In this document: piece by piece, positions 44,564-56,507 of the stretch | How the letters are laid out: each line of letters begins with the position of its first letter | Position numbering within the stretch: position 1 is the first letter of the stretch | DNA from: Blastocladiella emersonii ATCC 22665 | Taxonomy: Eukaryota > Fungi > Blastocladiomycota | DNA length: 64,000 nucleotides | Direction: 5' to 3' | NCBI GenBank assembly: GCA_025594325.1 | Contig: JANHCV010000014.1 | Coordinates: forward strand, 620,001-684,000 | Program-made: the position numbers and the translations under genes | The notes under the pieces: model-generated | What the model was told of the DNA's origin: nothing | What the model saw: the letters and a program-made list of their open reading frames with translations, nothing else | Databases searched by the model: none

Positions 44564-45549
44564 TTACTCCTTCTTGGCCTCGCTGCCCGCGAGCGTGATG
44601 GTCTTGAGCTCCTCGTCGATAAGTGCAACGGCCTGCGATCGCGCCGCCGACGCGAGGCGCGGGCACTCGAGCATACCTGCAAACTTCATCATGGAGCGCC
44701 AGTCGTCCACATCGAGGTCAGCCGGGTCGACAGCCAGTTTCGAGAGCGCGGGCTTGATTGAGTCGGGAAGCGGCGAGCCGGGCAGCCAGTCGGTGTAACA
44801 GTGGACAAGGGCGAGCACAAAGATGTCGTGAGACCACGCTGGGAGCTCAATTGGCTTAGTCGGGCTGGACGGGCGCGCCAAAGCGCCGCGAAACATGCGG
44901 TCAAAGAAGGGCGACGTCGGAATGAGAATCGCGCGCGAGGCGAAGATGGGCTCGGTCGCGTCACCAGGGAGAAAATGCGCGTCCGATGCCAAGGGGTCGT
45001 TGAACAGTAGGGCCATGTTTTCCACGGAGCGCGCGACAACAGGGCTGCTAGTAAGCTGGCTGTTGGCAAGTGGCACAGGGGACGTGTGCGGCTCGAAACG
45101 GACGGTAATCATCCAGAGTGTATCCCACAGTTCGTTTCGGTACAAGGAGTCCCAAGCGGGAGTTGTGTTGGCGGCATTTGGAGCAAGAGTGAAGCTGAAG
45201 CGAGCCTTTTCCGTTCCAGCGTGAAAGTAACACTCAATCTCGCAAAGTACGGTCAGAGATTCAGAACCGGACTCAACCTTGACGCCAACACTGCAGCACA
45301 CGTCGTGTTTGTACACGACTTCAACTCTGAAGCGGCGTTTGGACAGAACTTGGTTGCGAGCAAATGGGGTCGCAATTCCTTGTCTTCGAAAGCGCTCTGC
45401 TGCCTTCGTGTCAATGGCAAAGTGATGCAAAGGCAAGCCCTTGTGTACGATAGTGTGTGGAGTCAAAAAGCCGGTCTAATGGTCGGCTTATTCATGTCAG
45501 CCTGGTTCCATTCGTTGAAGAATTCATCCACGTCTACCCCTAGATTCAT
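44564..45549 (-). CDS. BTB/POZ protein 2; micro-exon MNLG, intron 45537-45476
   Basis: 'FNDPLASDAHF...IFASRAILIPTSPFFDRMF'; phase-0 intron restores frame. Confidence 0.8.
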
Positions 45550-46290
45550 GGCAAAAACGGGTGGAGCGAGAGAAGAGTAGGGTTGGTCCGCTCGCACGCA
45601 TTTGAGAGCCCGAGGCAAGCTGGACACGGGTGGACACGGTCACGTGCGATGACCTCCGCGTGGGTCAGCCAGAGAGAAGATGCGAGCAAACCTGTGTGTG
45701 CCCTCGCGTCGCCGACGCACAGCTCTGCTCGCCCTGCAGGTCGTAGAACACGGCGTAAAGCCAGTGTATGGAGTGCCAAGGACTCGAGTTGAGGCCGCAG
45801 TAATACCACTGCACCAAGATGCGCGTGTCACTTGATTGCAGATACGTTTTAATTGATGCGGACGCTGATGGCGGCGGCGTTCTCGGGTGAAAATGTGTGG
45901 GTTCTGCGCACAATTGCGGTTTAGTTGGCCGGCTCAGCTTCAACATTTCCCGTGTCCCCTTCACAAGCCCAAAACTAGATGTCGTCCATGCTGTCGTCCG
46001 TGTTGATCGGCGATTCCATTAGAGCACGACCCATTATCTCATTGAACGCATTGTACGAGCGAGAGAACGGCTTGGGTGTGCGCGCGTCGCAAGGGTTGCG
46101 CGACTACGATGTCAAGCTGCGACGTCGCACAAAGCCTTGTCACTCAGGACCATACAGCGAGCGTCCAAACTCTTCAAATCTTGACAATGATATGGTTTAG
46201 AATCGATAGAAATCCAAATCATGGCGAGAAAACAAACAAACAACAACAACAACAACAGCACGAGCACGAGCAGGAAAACATCTTTTTGGA

Positions 46291-47244
46291 CTAGGCCAAA
46301 CCAGCAGACTTGAAGATCTTGAACTCCTCGCCAAGAAGTGCCATGGCCTGAGACTGAGCCGCGGAAGCGAGGTCAATGCATTCAAGCATGCCGGCGAGCT
46401 TCGCCATGGAGCGCCAATCGTCAAGGTCGAGTTCGGCCAGGTCCACCGAGAGCGAGGTGAGCGAGGGCTTGATCGATTCAGGAAGCGGGACACCAGGCAG
46501 CCACTTGGTGTAGAGGTGGACGAGCGCGAGGATAAAGACACTGCGAGGCCACGCAGGAAGCTTGATCGGGTCGTTCGAGTTGGTCTGGCGCGACCACTCG
46601 CCGCGGAACATGAGGTCGAAGAAGGGCGAGGTCGGGATCAGGATCGCGCGCGAGGCGTAGATAGGCTCGGTCGCGTCGCCAGGAAGAAACTGCACGTCCG
46701 AAGCCAAAGGCTCGTTGAACAGGCGGCACATTTCGTCAACGGTGCGCGTGATAAGTTGCGGTCCAAAAGTCGTGGTGGTCTTGGACAGCTCGAACGAAAC
46801 AGAAATCATCTCCAGGTTCATCCACAACCAGCGCATGACAAAGGGGTCCCACATAACCACCTCGGTCAAAGCGTTGGAGGCGGGGGTGAAAGTTGAGGAA
46901 AATGTGTCCTTGCGGCAGCCAGCGTGACACACGAGCGTGCAATTGAAGGGGGAACAATCAGCCCCGTCGCGACCGTTGCCCACGACGACCGAGATGCACC
47001 ACTTCGATTTGGAAGTCTCTCGAAGCTGAACGTAAAAGGAACGACGATCGAGAACACGACTGACCACTGAAGGGGTCTGAAGGCCGTCGTCCTTGTACAG
47101 CTCCGCTTTCCGCGGGTCCATGACGAACTGGTGCACGGACGTGCCGTTGTCGCTGGTATCCACCGCGTAAAAGGCAATCTACGGCTGTAGCGATCAGCAT
47201 TGAGCTGCCTCGAGAGCGGGCTTGTATGAAAAACGCACCTCCAT
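46291..47244 (-). CDS. BTB/POZ protein 3; micro-exon ME, intron 47238-47179
   Basis: 'FNEPLASDVQF...IYASRAILIPTSPFFDLMFRGEWS'; the proximal CAG acceptor (47185) would give a stop, the TAG at 47179 restores frame. Confidence 0.8.
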
Positions 47245-47556
47245 GATGACAAGCTCCTTTGGTCCGCCGTGCTCGTATCTGGAGAGAACGGCTCCTCGCA
47301 CATCTCTTCATTTTGAGGAGCGCCGGCCCCGCAGCGGCCTGAACACTCACTGGAACGGATCTAGAATCCAGGCTAGACACGCACTAGATCGTAACTGGAA
47401 CCGAGACGGAGCTGAGCTTGACACGGTCATAAGCAGGACGCATCAGGTTTGAGGTGAAGACCAGCAGCACCCTGACGCTAGACGCGAGACTCGAGACGCG
47501 TCTCGACATCATGTGACATGGTTTCATGACGCGACGCGCGATGCTGTTTCCCATCA

Positions 47557-48151
47557 GGCAGTGGCCCTCGCTGACGCAGCGGTGGCCCGCCGACACAACG
47601 GCGGAACCCTCGCTGCGCACCCGGCCCTCCGACCAGCATTCGGGATCCCCGTCAACGACGACGGCTCCCCGCTGACCGTCGGGCCGGCCCTGACCCTTTT
47701 TGACCCCCTGCATGGCTCGTGGATCGACGCCCGCGTCGCCCCGCGACTCGGCGACTGGCAAGTCGCTGAGGACCCTAGCTTCCCGCCAGGGCCGCCGTAG
47801 CGCATCCCTGCACCACCGGGCGCGTCTGGACTAGCCCTAGTCTAGCTCGCGCCTGGAGGGTGTGCGGCGACATGCGCTGAGCTGCGGGGCACGCTCACAC
47901 GCTCCGCTACCGCCAGGTGGGTCGAGATTTGGGGCAGCCGGGTTGGAGGGTTCTCGGCCTCGGGCCAGTCTCCCTGCCAGCCTCCCTGCCTCCGCGCGCG
48001 CCCAGCCCCATAGGTTTTTCTCCTGTTGTGCTGCCGTTCGTGAGCTCTGTTTGGTGACTGTGTGGTGACGATGAGTCGTTTTTTGTCTTTCCTTTGCAAT
48101 TTTCCTCCTCTAGCACGTGAATACACCTGGGCGAATCTTCAAAAAAAAAAA
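47557..48151 (+). mobile_element. 5'-truncated non-LTR retroposon (LINE-like) insertion, 595 bp, poly(A) tail, 16-bp target-site duplication
   Basis: ATGCTGTTTCCCATCA at 47541-47556 and 48152-48167 flanks the segment; A-run 48141-48152; ORF tail ending TAG at 47800 followed by ~350-nt 3'UTR. Confidence 0.85.
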
Positions 48152-48277
48152 ATGCTGTTTCCCATCACCCCTCAACAAAAGGGTTTACCGCCCAGCAATT
48201 GCACGTCTCGAATGATACAACAGGAAAACAGCGTGTTTAGAACAAACATCGGACAGCTACAATGAGAGCGAGATCGA

Positions 48278-49284
48278 TTACTCTTCCTTGGCCTTGGTCG
48301 CATCGCCCATGGCGCCAGCAAGTTCGATGGCCTTGAACTCCTTGTCGATGAGAGCGATAGCCTTCGACCGAGCCGCCGCCGCGAGATCAACACACTCGAG
48401 CATGCCCGCGAGCTTCATCATCGAGCGCCAGTCGTCGAGCTCGAAATGAGCGAGATCCACAGAAAGAGCGGCAAGAGCTGGCTTGATAGGCTCGGGAAGC
48501 GGGGTACCAGGCAGCCAGTCGGTGTAGAGGTGGACGAGCGCGAGGACGAAGACGTCGTGAGACCAAGCCGGGAGCTTGATTGGATCGGCAGAGTTGGAGA
48601 GGCGCGACCACTCGCCGCGGAACATGAGAGCGAAAAAGGGCGAGGCCGTTGCGAGGATAGCGCGTGAAGCGGAGACAGGCTCGGTCGCGTCACCAGGAAG
48701 AAAATGAGCGTCGGATACAGTCGAATCGTTGAAAATCTGGCACATGTCCTGGACCGAGCGAACAAGGCCAGTCGAAGCTGCCAGTTTGGCCGATGCAGCT
48801 GCTTTGGGGGTCGAAAATGAGACAGAGACCAGCTTGAGATAGCGTGGCAAATAAGTCTCGTCGATGCCGTCAAACACAACCGTGGCCGAGCTGGAGAGCG
48901 GCGAAGCAGTCACTTCGATGGTCTTAGTGTACGAAGACGACCCATGAACGGTGACCGTGCAAGAAACGGTTGAGACTGGCAAGTCGCCCTTTTCAAGTAC
49001 AAGGGTCGTTTTCCACTTGGACGAGTACGAGGTTGTCGGAAACTGCGTAAAGAGAAGATAGAAAGAGCGAGAGCCAAGTACTCCACCCGCAGCAGTTGGC
49101 GGAGTTTGGAAGCCGTTTTTAGCCTCGTTCAGCGGGTCCTCGTTCTTCAAAGCAAAGCGATGGACGTAGGCGTCGCCGTCCTTCGACGTGCAGGCTGAGA
49201 AGAATAGTTTCTATGGGAGATCGTTAACGCTTCATTCTTTTCCGTTGCGGGTGCGAAGGTCCGGTAGCGTACTGCGAGATTCAT
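48278..49284 (-). CDS. BTB/POZ protein 4; micro-exon MNLA, intron 49272-49211
   Basis: 'FNDSTVSDAHF...VSASRAILATASPFFALMFRGEWS'; closest to BTB1 in both protein and promoter. Confidence 0.85.
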
Positions 49285-49592
49285 GGAAGCGCGGTTGAGC
49301 CAAGCACAGGGAGCGGCGATGTCAGTTCCGCATTTCGGGCGTAAAAGATGTCGCGGTGTTCCTCTGCTGCACCTGGACACCAACTTGGACACGCTCACGA
49401 GGCCAGCCTGCCCCACATGTCAAGCCACGGCGCGACGCGACGCTCATCCGCCCGTGATGGCGTTCCTGATCGGGGGCTCGGCGTGACCAGCTGCGGCGCC
49501 ACACCGCCGCCCCATCTCTCCTGCTCCTCGCCGTTCTCCCCGCTGCTCCTTTCGCTCTCCCGCACACCCTTGCAACGCATCAACTCCATGCA

Positions 49593-50699
49593 ATGACCAC
49601 CTTACCGAATCTGAGCAAAGAAGCCTCGGACGGCGCGTCGACATCGAGCTCGGGGCGCAGCTCGACGCGCTCGTCGCCGGCGCGCACGCGCCTGTCCCTG
49701 CCACGTCGCCGCGCGGGGTTCATCGAGACGCTCGTGACGATCCATCACCAGGTGATTCTGGGCCTGCACGACTCGGTGGTGAACTTCCGGTCGGCGCTCG
49801 GCGTGGTGGCGGGGTCGGGGACGATCCGGTCGCTGGCGGTCAAGTGTTTCCTGGTGAACGGGGTGCTGCTGCTCGGGAGCACGCTGTTCTACCGGGTCGT
49901 GATCAAGACGTTCATCGCATCGCTGTTCGGCCTGATGCTCGACGACCGTTCGCGGCCGCAGGGCGGCAACGTGGCGTTCCACATCACCAACAAGCTCGTG
50001 TACGCGCTGTACTACATTCTGTGGATGTACCCGATCCACTCGCTGTCGCTGTACCTCAACTCGCGGTGGTACCGGCGGATCGCGAAGCAGGCGCTCGAGA
50101 TCCACGCGGACCGGCTCGAGAAGGCAGGCGACCCCGCGAAAGCCGCCGCGCACGCTGCCGCACACGTCCCGCCCGTGCTCCCGCCCAAGGACCCGAAGCA
50201 GAAGTGGCTCCCGCGCCTGCTCCTCGACAAGCTGCACCGCGTGATGCTCAAGACGGTCTTCATCGCGCTGGCGTACGCGACGTATTTCATGCCGACGGTC
50301 GGCCCCGTGCTCGCGTTCGTGCTCATGTCGTGGAAGAACTCGATGCTGAGCTTCGAGCCCAAGTGGCGCCGGCAGGGGTGGCCGCTCGAGGCGCGCCTGC
50401 GCCACATGGACGAGCGGTGGCCGTACTACCTCGGGTTCGGGTTCCCCGTGGCCGTGCTCGCGTTCCTCAACATCAACAACCCGACGACTAACGCGCTCGT
50501 GTTCGCGCTCCTGCTCCCCGTCTACATTGTCGCCGCCGCGATCTCGGCGCCGCCCCCGCTCGGCGTGCGGCCCAAGTGGCTCGCTGTCGGTTCGGGTAGC
50601 AAGAAGGGCGAGGCCCACGCGTACGCGCACGCGGCAGTCCCGCGGCTGCCCATCTTCTCGGTCATCGGGTTCGCGACGCGCCAGTTCCTGCACCGGTGA
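49593..50699 (+). CDS. EI24: EI24 (etoposide-induced 2.4)/CysZ-like membrane protein
   Basis: 'KCFLVNGVLLLGS', 'WMYPIHSLSLYLNSRWY', 'SFEPKW..QGWPLEARLRHMDERWPYYLGFGFP'. The C-terminus could be extended by an intron (GTGAGT overlaps the stop). Confidence 0.8.
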   Translation: MTTLPNLSKEASDGASTSSSGRSSTRSSPARTRLSLPRRRAGFIETLVTIHHQVILGLHDSVVNFRSALGVVAGSGTIRSLAVKCFLVNGVLLLGSTLFYRVVIKTFIASLFGLMLDDRSRPQGGNVAFHITNKLVYALYYILWMYPIHSLSLYLNSRWYRRIAKQALEIHADRLEKAGDPAKAAAHAAAHVPPVLPPKDPKQKWLPRLLLDKLHRVMLKTVFIALAYATYFMPTVGPVLAFVLMSWKNSMLSFEPKWRRQGWPLEARLRHMDERWPYYLGFGFPVAVLAFLNINNPTTNALVFALLLPVYIVAAAISAPPPLGVRPKWLAVGSGSKKGEAHAYAHAAVPRLPIFSVIGFATRQFLHR

Positions 50700-50969
50700 G
50701 TTTTTTCCGTGTACAAAATAGAGATCATGCTTGCTCACGCCCAGAGGTGATCGGCGAAGGTCGGCGGGAGATCTCGGGAGACGCGCTGTGACGCCACGTG
50801 GATCTCGAGTCGAGATAACCGAGATAGCCGCGCGGCTTGACGGGAGATCTTGTCAGATTGCCGCGCGCGCCCTTATCTCCGAGGAACCCGCCGTATAAAA
50901 CTCGCGCCTTCAGCTCGCCCTCCCCCGCGATCCTGCACATACACCTCTGCAACGTAACGCATCGCAACC

Positions 50970-52449
50970 ATGGCATCGACAGCCCGCACCGCCCTCGCCC
51001 TGACGCGCGCCGCCGCCTTCGCCTCCGCCGCTGCGGGACGCGTCCCCGCCGCGCGTCGCGTCGCACTACCCGCAACCGCCCTCGCCCGCCGCACCCTCTC
51101 GACGTCCGCGACGGGCGCGCCGACGAGCGACGAGCACCTGATCCCGCTGTACGGCCGCCCCGCGGACGTGGTGCTGACGCACGGCCGCGGCGCGCTGCTG
51201 TACGACACGCGGGGCCGCGAGTACGTGGACTTCACGGCGGGGATCGCCGTGTGCTCGCTCGGCCACGCCGACGCCCAGATCGCCGAGGTGCTGTACGACC
51301 AGGCGAAGAAGCTCGTCCACGTGTCGAACCTGTACCGCAACGAGTGGGCCGAGAAGCTCGCGGAGCAGATTGTGCAGTCGGCGCGCCGCGAGTACTTGAT
51401 GGGAGAGGACCCGCAGATGGCGGCGGCGGGCCCGGGGAAGAAGGAGCTCGAGTTGTCGCATGTGTTCTTCTGTAACTCGGGGTACGCACTCTCCTCGCTG
51501 GCAGCGGATCGCGCTGATCGCTGACCCTCGTCCCCGCTCGCCCGCACGTAGCACCGAGGCCAACGAAGCCGCGCTCAAGTTCGCGCGCGCGCACTACCCG
51601 GACCCGGCCAAGCACAAGGTGCTGACCTTCCACAACGCGTTCCACGGCCGCTCCATGGGCGCGCTGTCGGCGACGCCGAACCCCAAGTACCAGAAGCCCT
51701 TTCTCCCGCTCGTCCCCGGCTTCGAGTCGGTCCCCTTCAACGACCTGGCCGCGGCGCGCGCTGCCCTCTCGCACGGCGGGTTCTGCGCGATCCTCGTCGA
51801 GCCGCTGCAGGGCGAGGGCGGCATCCGGCCGTCGGACCCGTCCTTCCTCCCCGGCCTTCGCGCGCTCGCCGACGAGCACGACTGCCTGCTCATGTTCGAC
51901 GAGATCCAGTGCGGGCTCGCGCGCACGGGCCGCGTGTGGGCGCACCACTGGACGCCCGTGACCCCCGACGTCCTGACGGCCGCGAAACCGCTCGGGAACG
52001 GCGTCCCGATCGGCGCCGTCGTCACCAACGCCAAGGTCTCGACGTCGCTCGCCCCCGCGTCGCACGGCACGACGTTTGGCGGGAACCCGCTCGCATGCCG
52101 CGTCGGATCCCATATCATGGGCCGCCTCACGGACCCCGCGCTCCTCGCGCACGTCAAGGCGATGGGCGACCGCGTCGTCGCGAAGCTCGGCGAGCTGCAG
52201 CACGAGCGGCCGGACGTGGTTGTAGCGGTTCGTGGGCGCGGGCTGATTGCGGGGCTCGAGCTCAACCACGCCGCGGTGCCGGACGCGGGCAAGAAGGTCG
52301 TCGACGCGTGTCGCGCGGATGGGCTGCTCATCTGTACCGCCGGCAAGGAGGGGAACGTCATGCGCATCGTCCCGCCGCTCGTGACGCCCGTCGGCGTGCT
52401 CGATCGCGGGCTCGAGGTGCTGGTCAAGGCGGTCAAGGCGCTCAAGTAA
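50970..52449 (+). CDS. ARG8: Mitochondrial acetylornithine aminotransferase; intron 51482-51551
   Basis: Presequence; 'YVDFTAGIAVCSLGH', 'FFCNSG|TEANEAALKFAR', 'FHGRSMGAL', 'FDEIQCGLARTG', 'DVLTAAKPLGNG', 'HGTTFGGNPLAC'. Confidence 0.95.
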
Positions 52450-53079
52450 ATGAAATAGATAGTCGCTTTTCTCATCCATGATTGCTCCTGTGCGCGTGGG
52501 GCGAGCGAGAGTCGAGGTGCGATCGACCGCGCATGCGAGGTTGAGCCACTGGCTGAGCCACTGGGAGGAGCACGTGCAGCAGACCCGCGCAGAACTCTCG
52601 TGGCGGGGATCGAGGTAGACTCGCGGCTCACGCGAGCGGTCCAGAGCATCGAGTCTAAGGGCGTCATAGCGGGAACCAAGCCTCACGGCGCGCGGCGCGA
52701 GCTTGATGAGTAGTCGGGCAAGGCGCAGCAGCTAGAGTCCGCGCTCGCTGCGCAGCAGCGTGTCACTGAATCGTACGGGGACGAGGTCGCGGCTCTCGAT
52801 GAGTAGCGCGGGAAGGGTCATGGCCATAATCCGCGACCTCCGCCGGTCACCCGAGAAGTACGCCAGCGAGGCGAACGACCGCGATCCGCTAACTCCGCCG
52901 GTCGCTGAGGAGGGCGCCGGCGGGGCGAATGTCCGCTTCGCAGACCGCACAGCAGCGGCAGAGGCGCGGACTCGGTGCGAGGGGCAGCGCGCAGCCGCGG
53001 ACGGGCACCCGAGGGTGCGGGCCGCGACGAGGAACCGCAGAACAGGGAGGAAGACGGCAGCGGTCCCCTAGTTGGTCAA

Positions 53080-53390
53080 GGGCGAGCTGGATCGGAACGG
53101 GCGTCGGCGAGCGACCGCTGGACGGTGCACTTTCGCAAGGACAGCGGGTCCAACGACGACGACTCGTCAAGGGCGAAGAGACGGCGCAGCCGTCGTGCGC
53201 GCAGCCGTAGGCGAGCGTGGTGGGCGTCACGATACAGGGCGAGCTGAATCGGGGCGTGGCACGAGCCGACGATGCACATTGACGAGGAAGGCGGGTCCGA
53301 CGACATTGACTCGTCGAGAGACGGTGCAGCCATCGTGCGAGCTGTTGCGGGAGAGCGTGGTGGAGGTGACGAACGAGAACAAACGTGTAT
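53080..53390. repeat. Degenerate ~150-nt tandem duplication downstream of TOM5
   Basis: GGGCGAGCTGRATCGG...GCGGGTCCRACGAC...GACTCGTC...GAGACGGYGCAGCCRTCGTGCG...GAGCGTGGTGG occurs at ~53080 and ~53237. Confidence 0.65.
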
Positions 53391-53409
53391 GGAGAGAGAA
53401 GAGACCAGT

Positions 53410-53852
53410 TTAGAGCTCCTTGACGAACTCAATGGCGAAAGGCACTACACGTACGAGCGATGTGAGGTGTGAGATCGCCGTGACAACGGAGCGAGTTCGG
53501 TCGGCGTTGGGTCGCGGCAACGTCATCGGGGGCACAATCGTGAGCGGGATAAAGCAGCAACGCCGGAGCTTGCCCGTTTCCGCTCGTACTCATTATGAAT
53601 CAGATTTGGGCCGTCAGGGTGCGTCGGGGGAGAAGGTTCAAGTCATCGCGGTGCGTGCGGGAGCGGGCGACATAAATCAACAAGCCAGATGTGCGACAGC
53701 CCCCTCGATTGCCACGAGCCAGTTGCGACAACGACAGCGGACGTACCGAAGCGCAGGACCGCGACGGCGCCGGCGAACCAGATGCCGGTCGAGACGACCT
53801 TGGCGCGGTTGGCGGCCATCTCCTCGGCGCTGGGACCACGGGGCATGAACAT
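53410..53852 (-). CDS. TOM5: Mitochondrial import receptor subunit Tom5 (46 aa); exons 53852-53747 and 53444-53410, 302-nt intron
   Basis: MFMPRGPSAEEMAANRAKVVSTGIWFAGAVAVLRF|VPFAIEFVKEL*: MF start, acidic 'SxEE', single TM with conserved Pro, as in fungal Tom5. Confidence 0.8.
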
Positions 53853-54053
53853 CTTGATTGCGTGGAGTTGGGGGTTCAAGTTACGTTGCAGGCAAGGCGT
53901 GCGTGCGATGGCGAGGGGAGCGGGGAAGGGTCGAGGTCGACAGCAGCGGTGTTTGTGGCGCGGGCATCAGCTGACGTAATGTCTCACGCTCAGCGGGATG
54001 AGCGCCGCGTCGACTCACCGACGCGCTCTCTCCGACGACAACGAATGTCAACG

Positions 54054-56507
54054 ATGAAGCAAATGAAGAAATCGGGCCGCAACTCGGCGCAGCACGTCAA
54101 GGCGAGCAACGGGCGCCCGCCCGCCCGCGCCTCGGCCGGCTGAACCCTCGAGTGGCGTCGTCGTGCCGCTCTCGTCGCTTCCTGACACCATCGTGACGCT
54201 CGTGCTGCAGCTGGCGCGCCCACGCACGGCCGCCTGCGTCGCTTCGAGCAGCATCATCACATCCGCGCGCGATTCGCGTCTCAACCGCATTTGGGCGCCC
54301 ATCGTGCTCCGCCGCTTTCTGAACCCGCAGCTTGAGACGCAGTTCAAGCAGAAGCTGCGCGGGATGCGCATCTACAACGAGCTCTGCTTCCTGCTCAACC
54401 AGGCCTACTTCAACTCGACCCTCAAGTTCCCCGTCCGCGGCGTTCTCGCCCCTGACGCGCAGCTCATTCGTGCTCTCATGGCGGGCTTTCTCGTCGACCA
54501 GCGCCAGTTCGCGCGCAAGCACCCGAAATTCGTCGAGGGCGAGCTGGCTTGCGCCCTGAACGAGCTCTTTTACTGCTCTGCGGACCCCGTCGGCGACTTG
54601 GCCAAAGTGCGGCCGAGCCACGTTTCGCACTCGCACATGGCGGCGGCGTTTCTCATCATCGCCGCCGCCGCGCACATGGACGACGCCGACTTGCTCACGG
54701 ACCTGCTTGACGCCGTGCAGCGCGACCTCCCCGAGGTCCTCAAACTAAGCCTCCCGCCATCGCATTGGTTCGGTCTCACTTTCGAGGGCGAAATCGAGCT
54801 CATGAATTCGGGCGTCATGAATGTCCTCAGCAACGACTACGAGCGCGAGCTCGTCCCGACCTCGTTCCTCGAGCACCTGTGCCTCGCCTCGGCCGTCACC
54901 TGGTGCCCGAACGCGTTCCGCGTGCTCAGCGACCCGCGCTTCCGCATCGACACGAAGTGGCTCGCGCACGTCTTCGGGCAGAACACGGTCGCGCCGTTCG
55001 CCCTCGCGGTGCTCCAGAACAAAAAGACGGCGCGCCCGCCCGCCGAATTTATGCCGATCCTCGACTGGCTGCTGCGCGAGCACAAGCACGTCCGCTTGTG
55101 GACCGCGACCGGGTTCCATATCGTCACGCACCTTCTCGAAAAGCTCCCGCGCGACTACATGCGCTACGCCGCGGAGCACTACCCGACGTGCCTCACCGAC
55201 GCGATAGACGATCGCGATCTCGAGCGGATTCGGCACTTTATTCTTCCACTGGAAGCCCAAGGATCTCGACCCGGACTTTTTCGTCGTGCTCGACAAACTC
55301 GGGCTGCTCATGGACTGGACGTGGGGGATCATTTTGCAGTTTGGGCTCGCCGAGGACGAGGGGACCGGGACCAGCGATCTCTCGTCGTTTGCCGTCGACC
55401 ACCTCGGGTCGCGCCTCACTGCCGTTCTCGTCGAGGGTACGCCCGCGCTCATCCCGCGCCGCACGAATCTGATGGACTCACCACCTTCTTCCTCGAACAG
55501 CCTTCCGCATGAGCATCCTTGACTCGTGCACGGACGGGCACAGCGCGACGTGCGTCCTGCTTCAAGCGTACCGCCAGCTCGGCCGCGAGGCCCTCGAAGC
55601 CGCGCTCCCGAAAATGGCTGCCGTCATGAACGAGTCGTTTGAGTTCATGCACCAGAGCGTCGACGACCGCGCCCGCCTATCGCGCCCGATCGCCCTGATC
55701 CTCGACCACCTGTTGACGTGCGGCGAGCGCCGCCGGCTCAGCCCGCCGATCCTGTTCCGCCTCGCCAACGAGTTCCTCGCCCTCGTCCGCTCGCCGCGCG
55801 CGAGCGAGTACGCGGGCATGGCGTGGTTGCCCGTTGTCGTGCTGGGGGATGAGCACTCGCGCGAGGCCGCGATCGCGCAGGTTCGCGCCAAGGGAACGGC
55901 GACCACGCGCGTGTTCCTTGTCGTCCTGCTCGAGCAGCTCTTCAGCGGTCAAGCTAAGACGATGTACTCGCCGTTCCCGCGCGAGGAGACGCGCCGGTGT
56001 ACGCTCGAGACGCACGCGGCGTGGGGCAACGCCATGGACGACCTGTACCAGCTGCTCCGCGAGGCCAACGCCACTGCCGCGTGGTTCCCCGCTGACTGCG
56101 CGAGCTCGGTCCGCCTCATCGCGCAAGCCAAGGGCCGCACTGGGCTGCAGGGCCGGATCGGCGACGAGCTCGCCGAATACCCGAACGGCGTCTGCCCGCG
56201 GTACCGCGCACCCGTCGTCCCGCGCGTGCAGCAGGCGTTCCGCTTCGTCCTCCGCACCGAGCCAAAGCAGGCGCTCGCCGAGATCGCGGCCGCGACTGCG
56301 CTTCCGCTCGAGTTTTGGTGGCTCGTGCCCGACGGCGCGCTCGACGGCGTCAAGGACGGGAAGTGGGTCATGAAGATGGCGCGCAGCGTCAAGCGCGAGT
56401 TTGGCGGCGAGGCGGCGCGGGACGTGTTCCGCGAGATTCGGCGGGTTGCGCCCAAGACGGTGGCGGGGCCGGTCGAGTCGGTGATTGCGGCGCTCGAGGG
56501 GCAGTGA
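54054..56507 (+). pseudogene. Large F-box-like family C copy 1; intron 55437-55500; two +1 frameshifts (~54100-54135 and ~55228)
   Basis: 'MKQM' start matches paralogue starts 'MKLM'/'MNRM' but is out of frame with 'LSSLPDTIVTLVLQLA'; second shift restores 'LFFHWKPKDLDPDFFVVLDKLGLL'. Confidence 0.75.

Noticed and set aside
50695-50900. Extra terminal exon of EI24 via GTGAGT donor overlapping the stop
   Set aside because: Two candidate acceptors give unrelated tails, one running into the ARG8 promoter; cannot be decided without cDNA, so not annotated.
55490-55525. Bacterial-style translational coupling of overlapping ORF pairs (55286-55522/55509, 31906/33219, 59675/61059)
   Set aside because: Each junction is explained by a canonical-looking spliceosomal intron at a homologous position.
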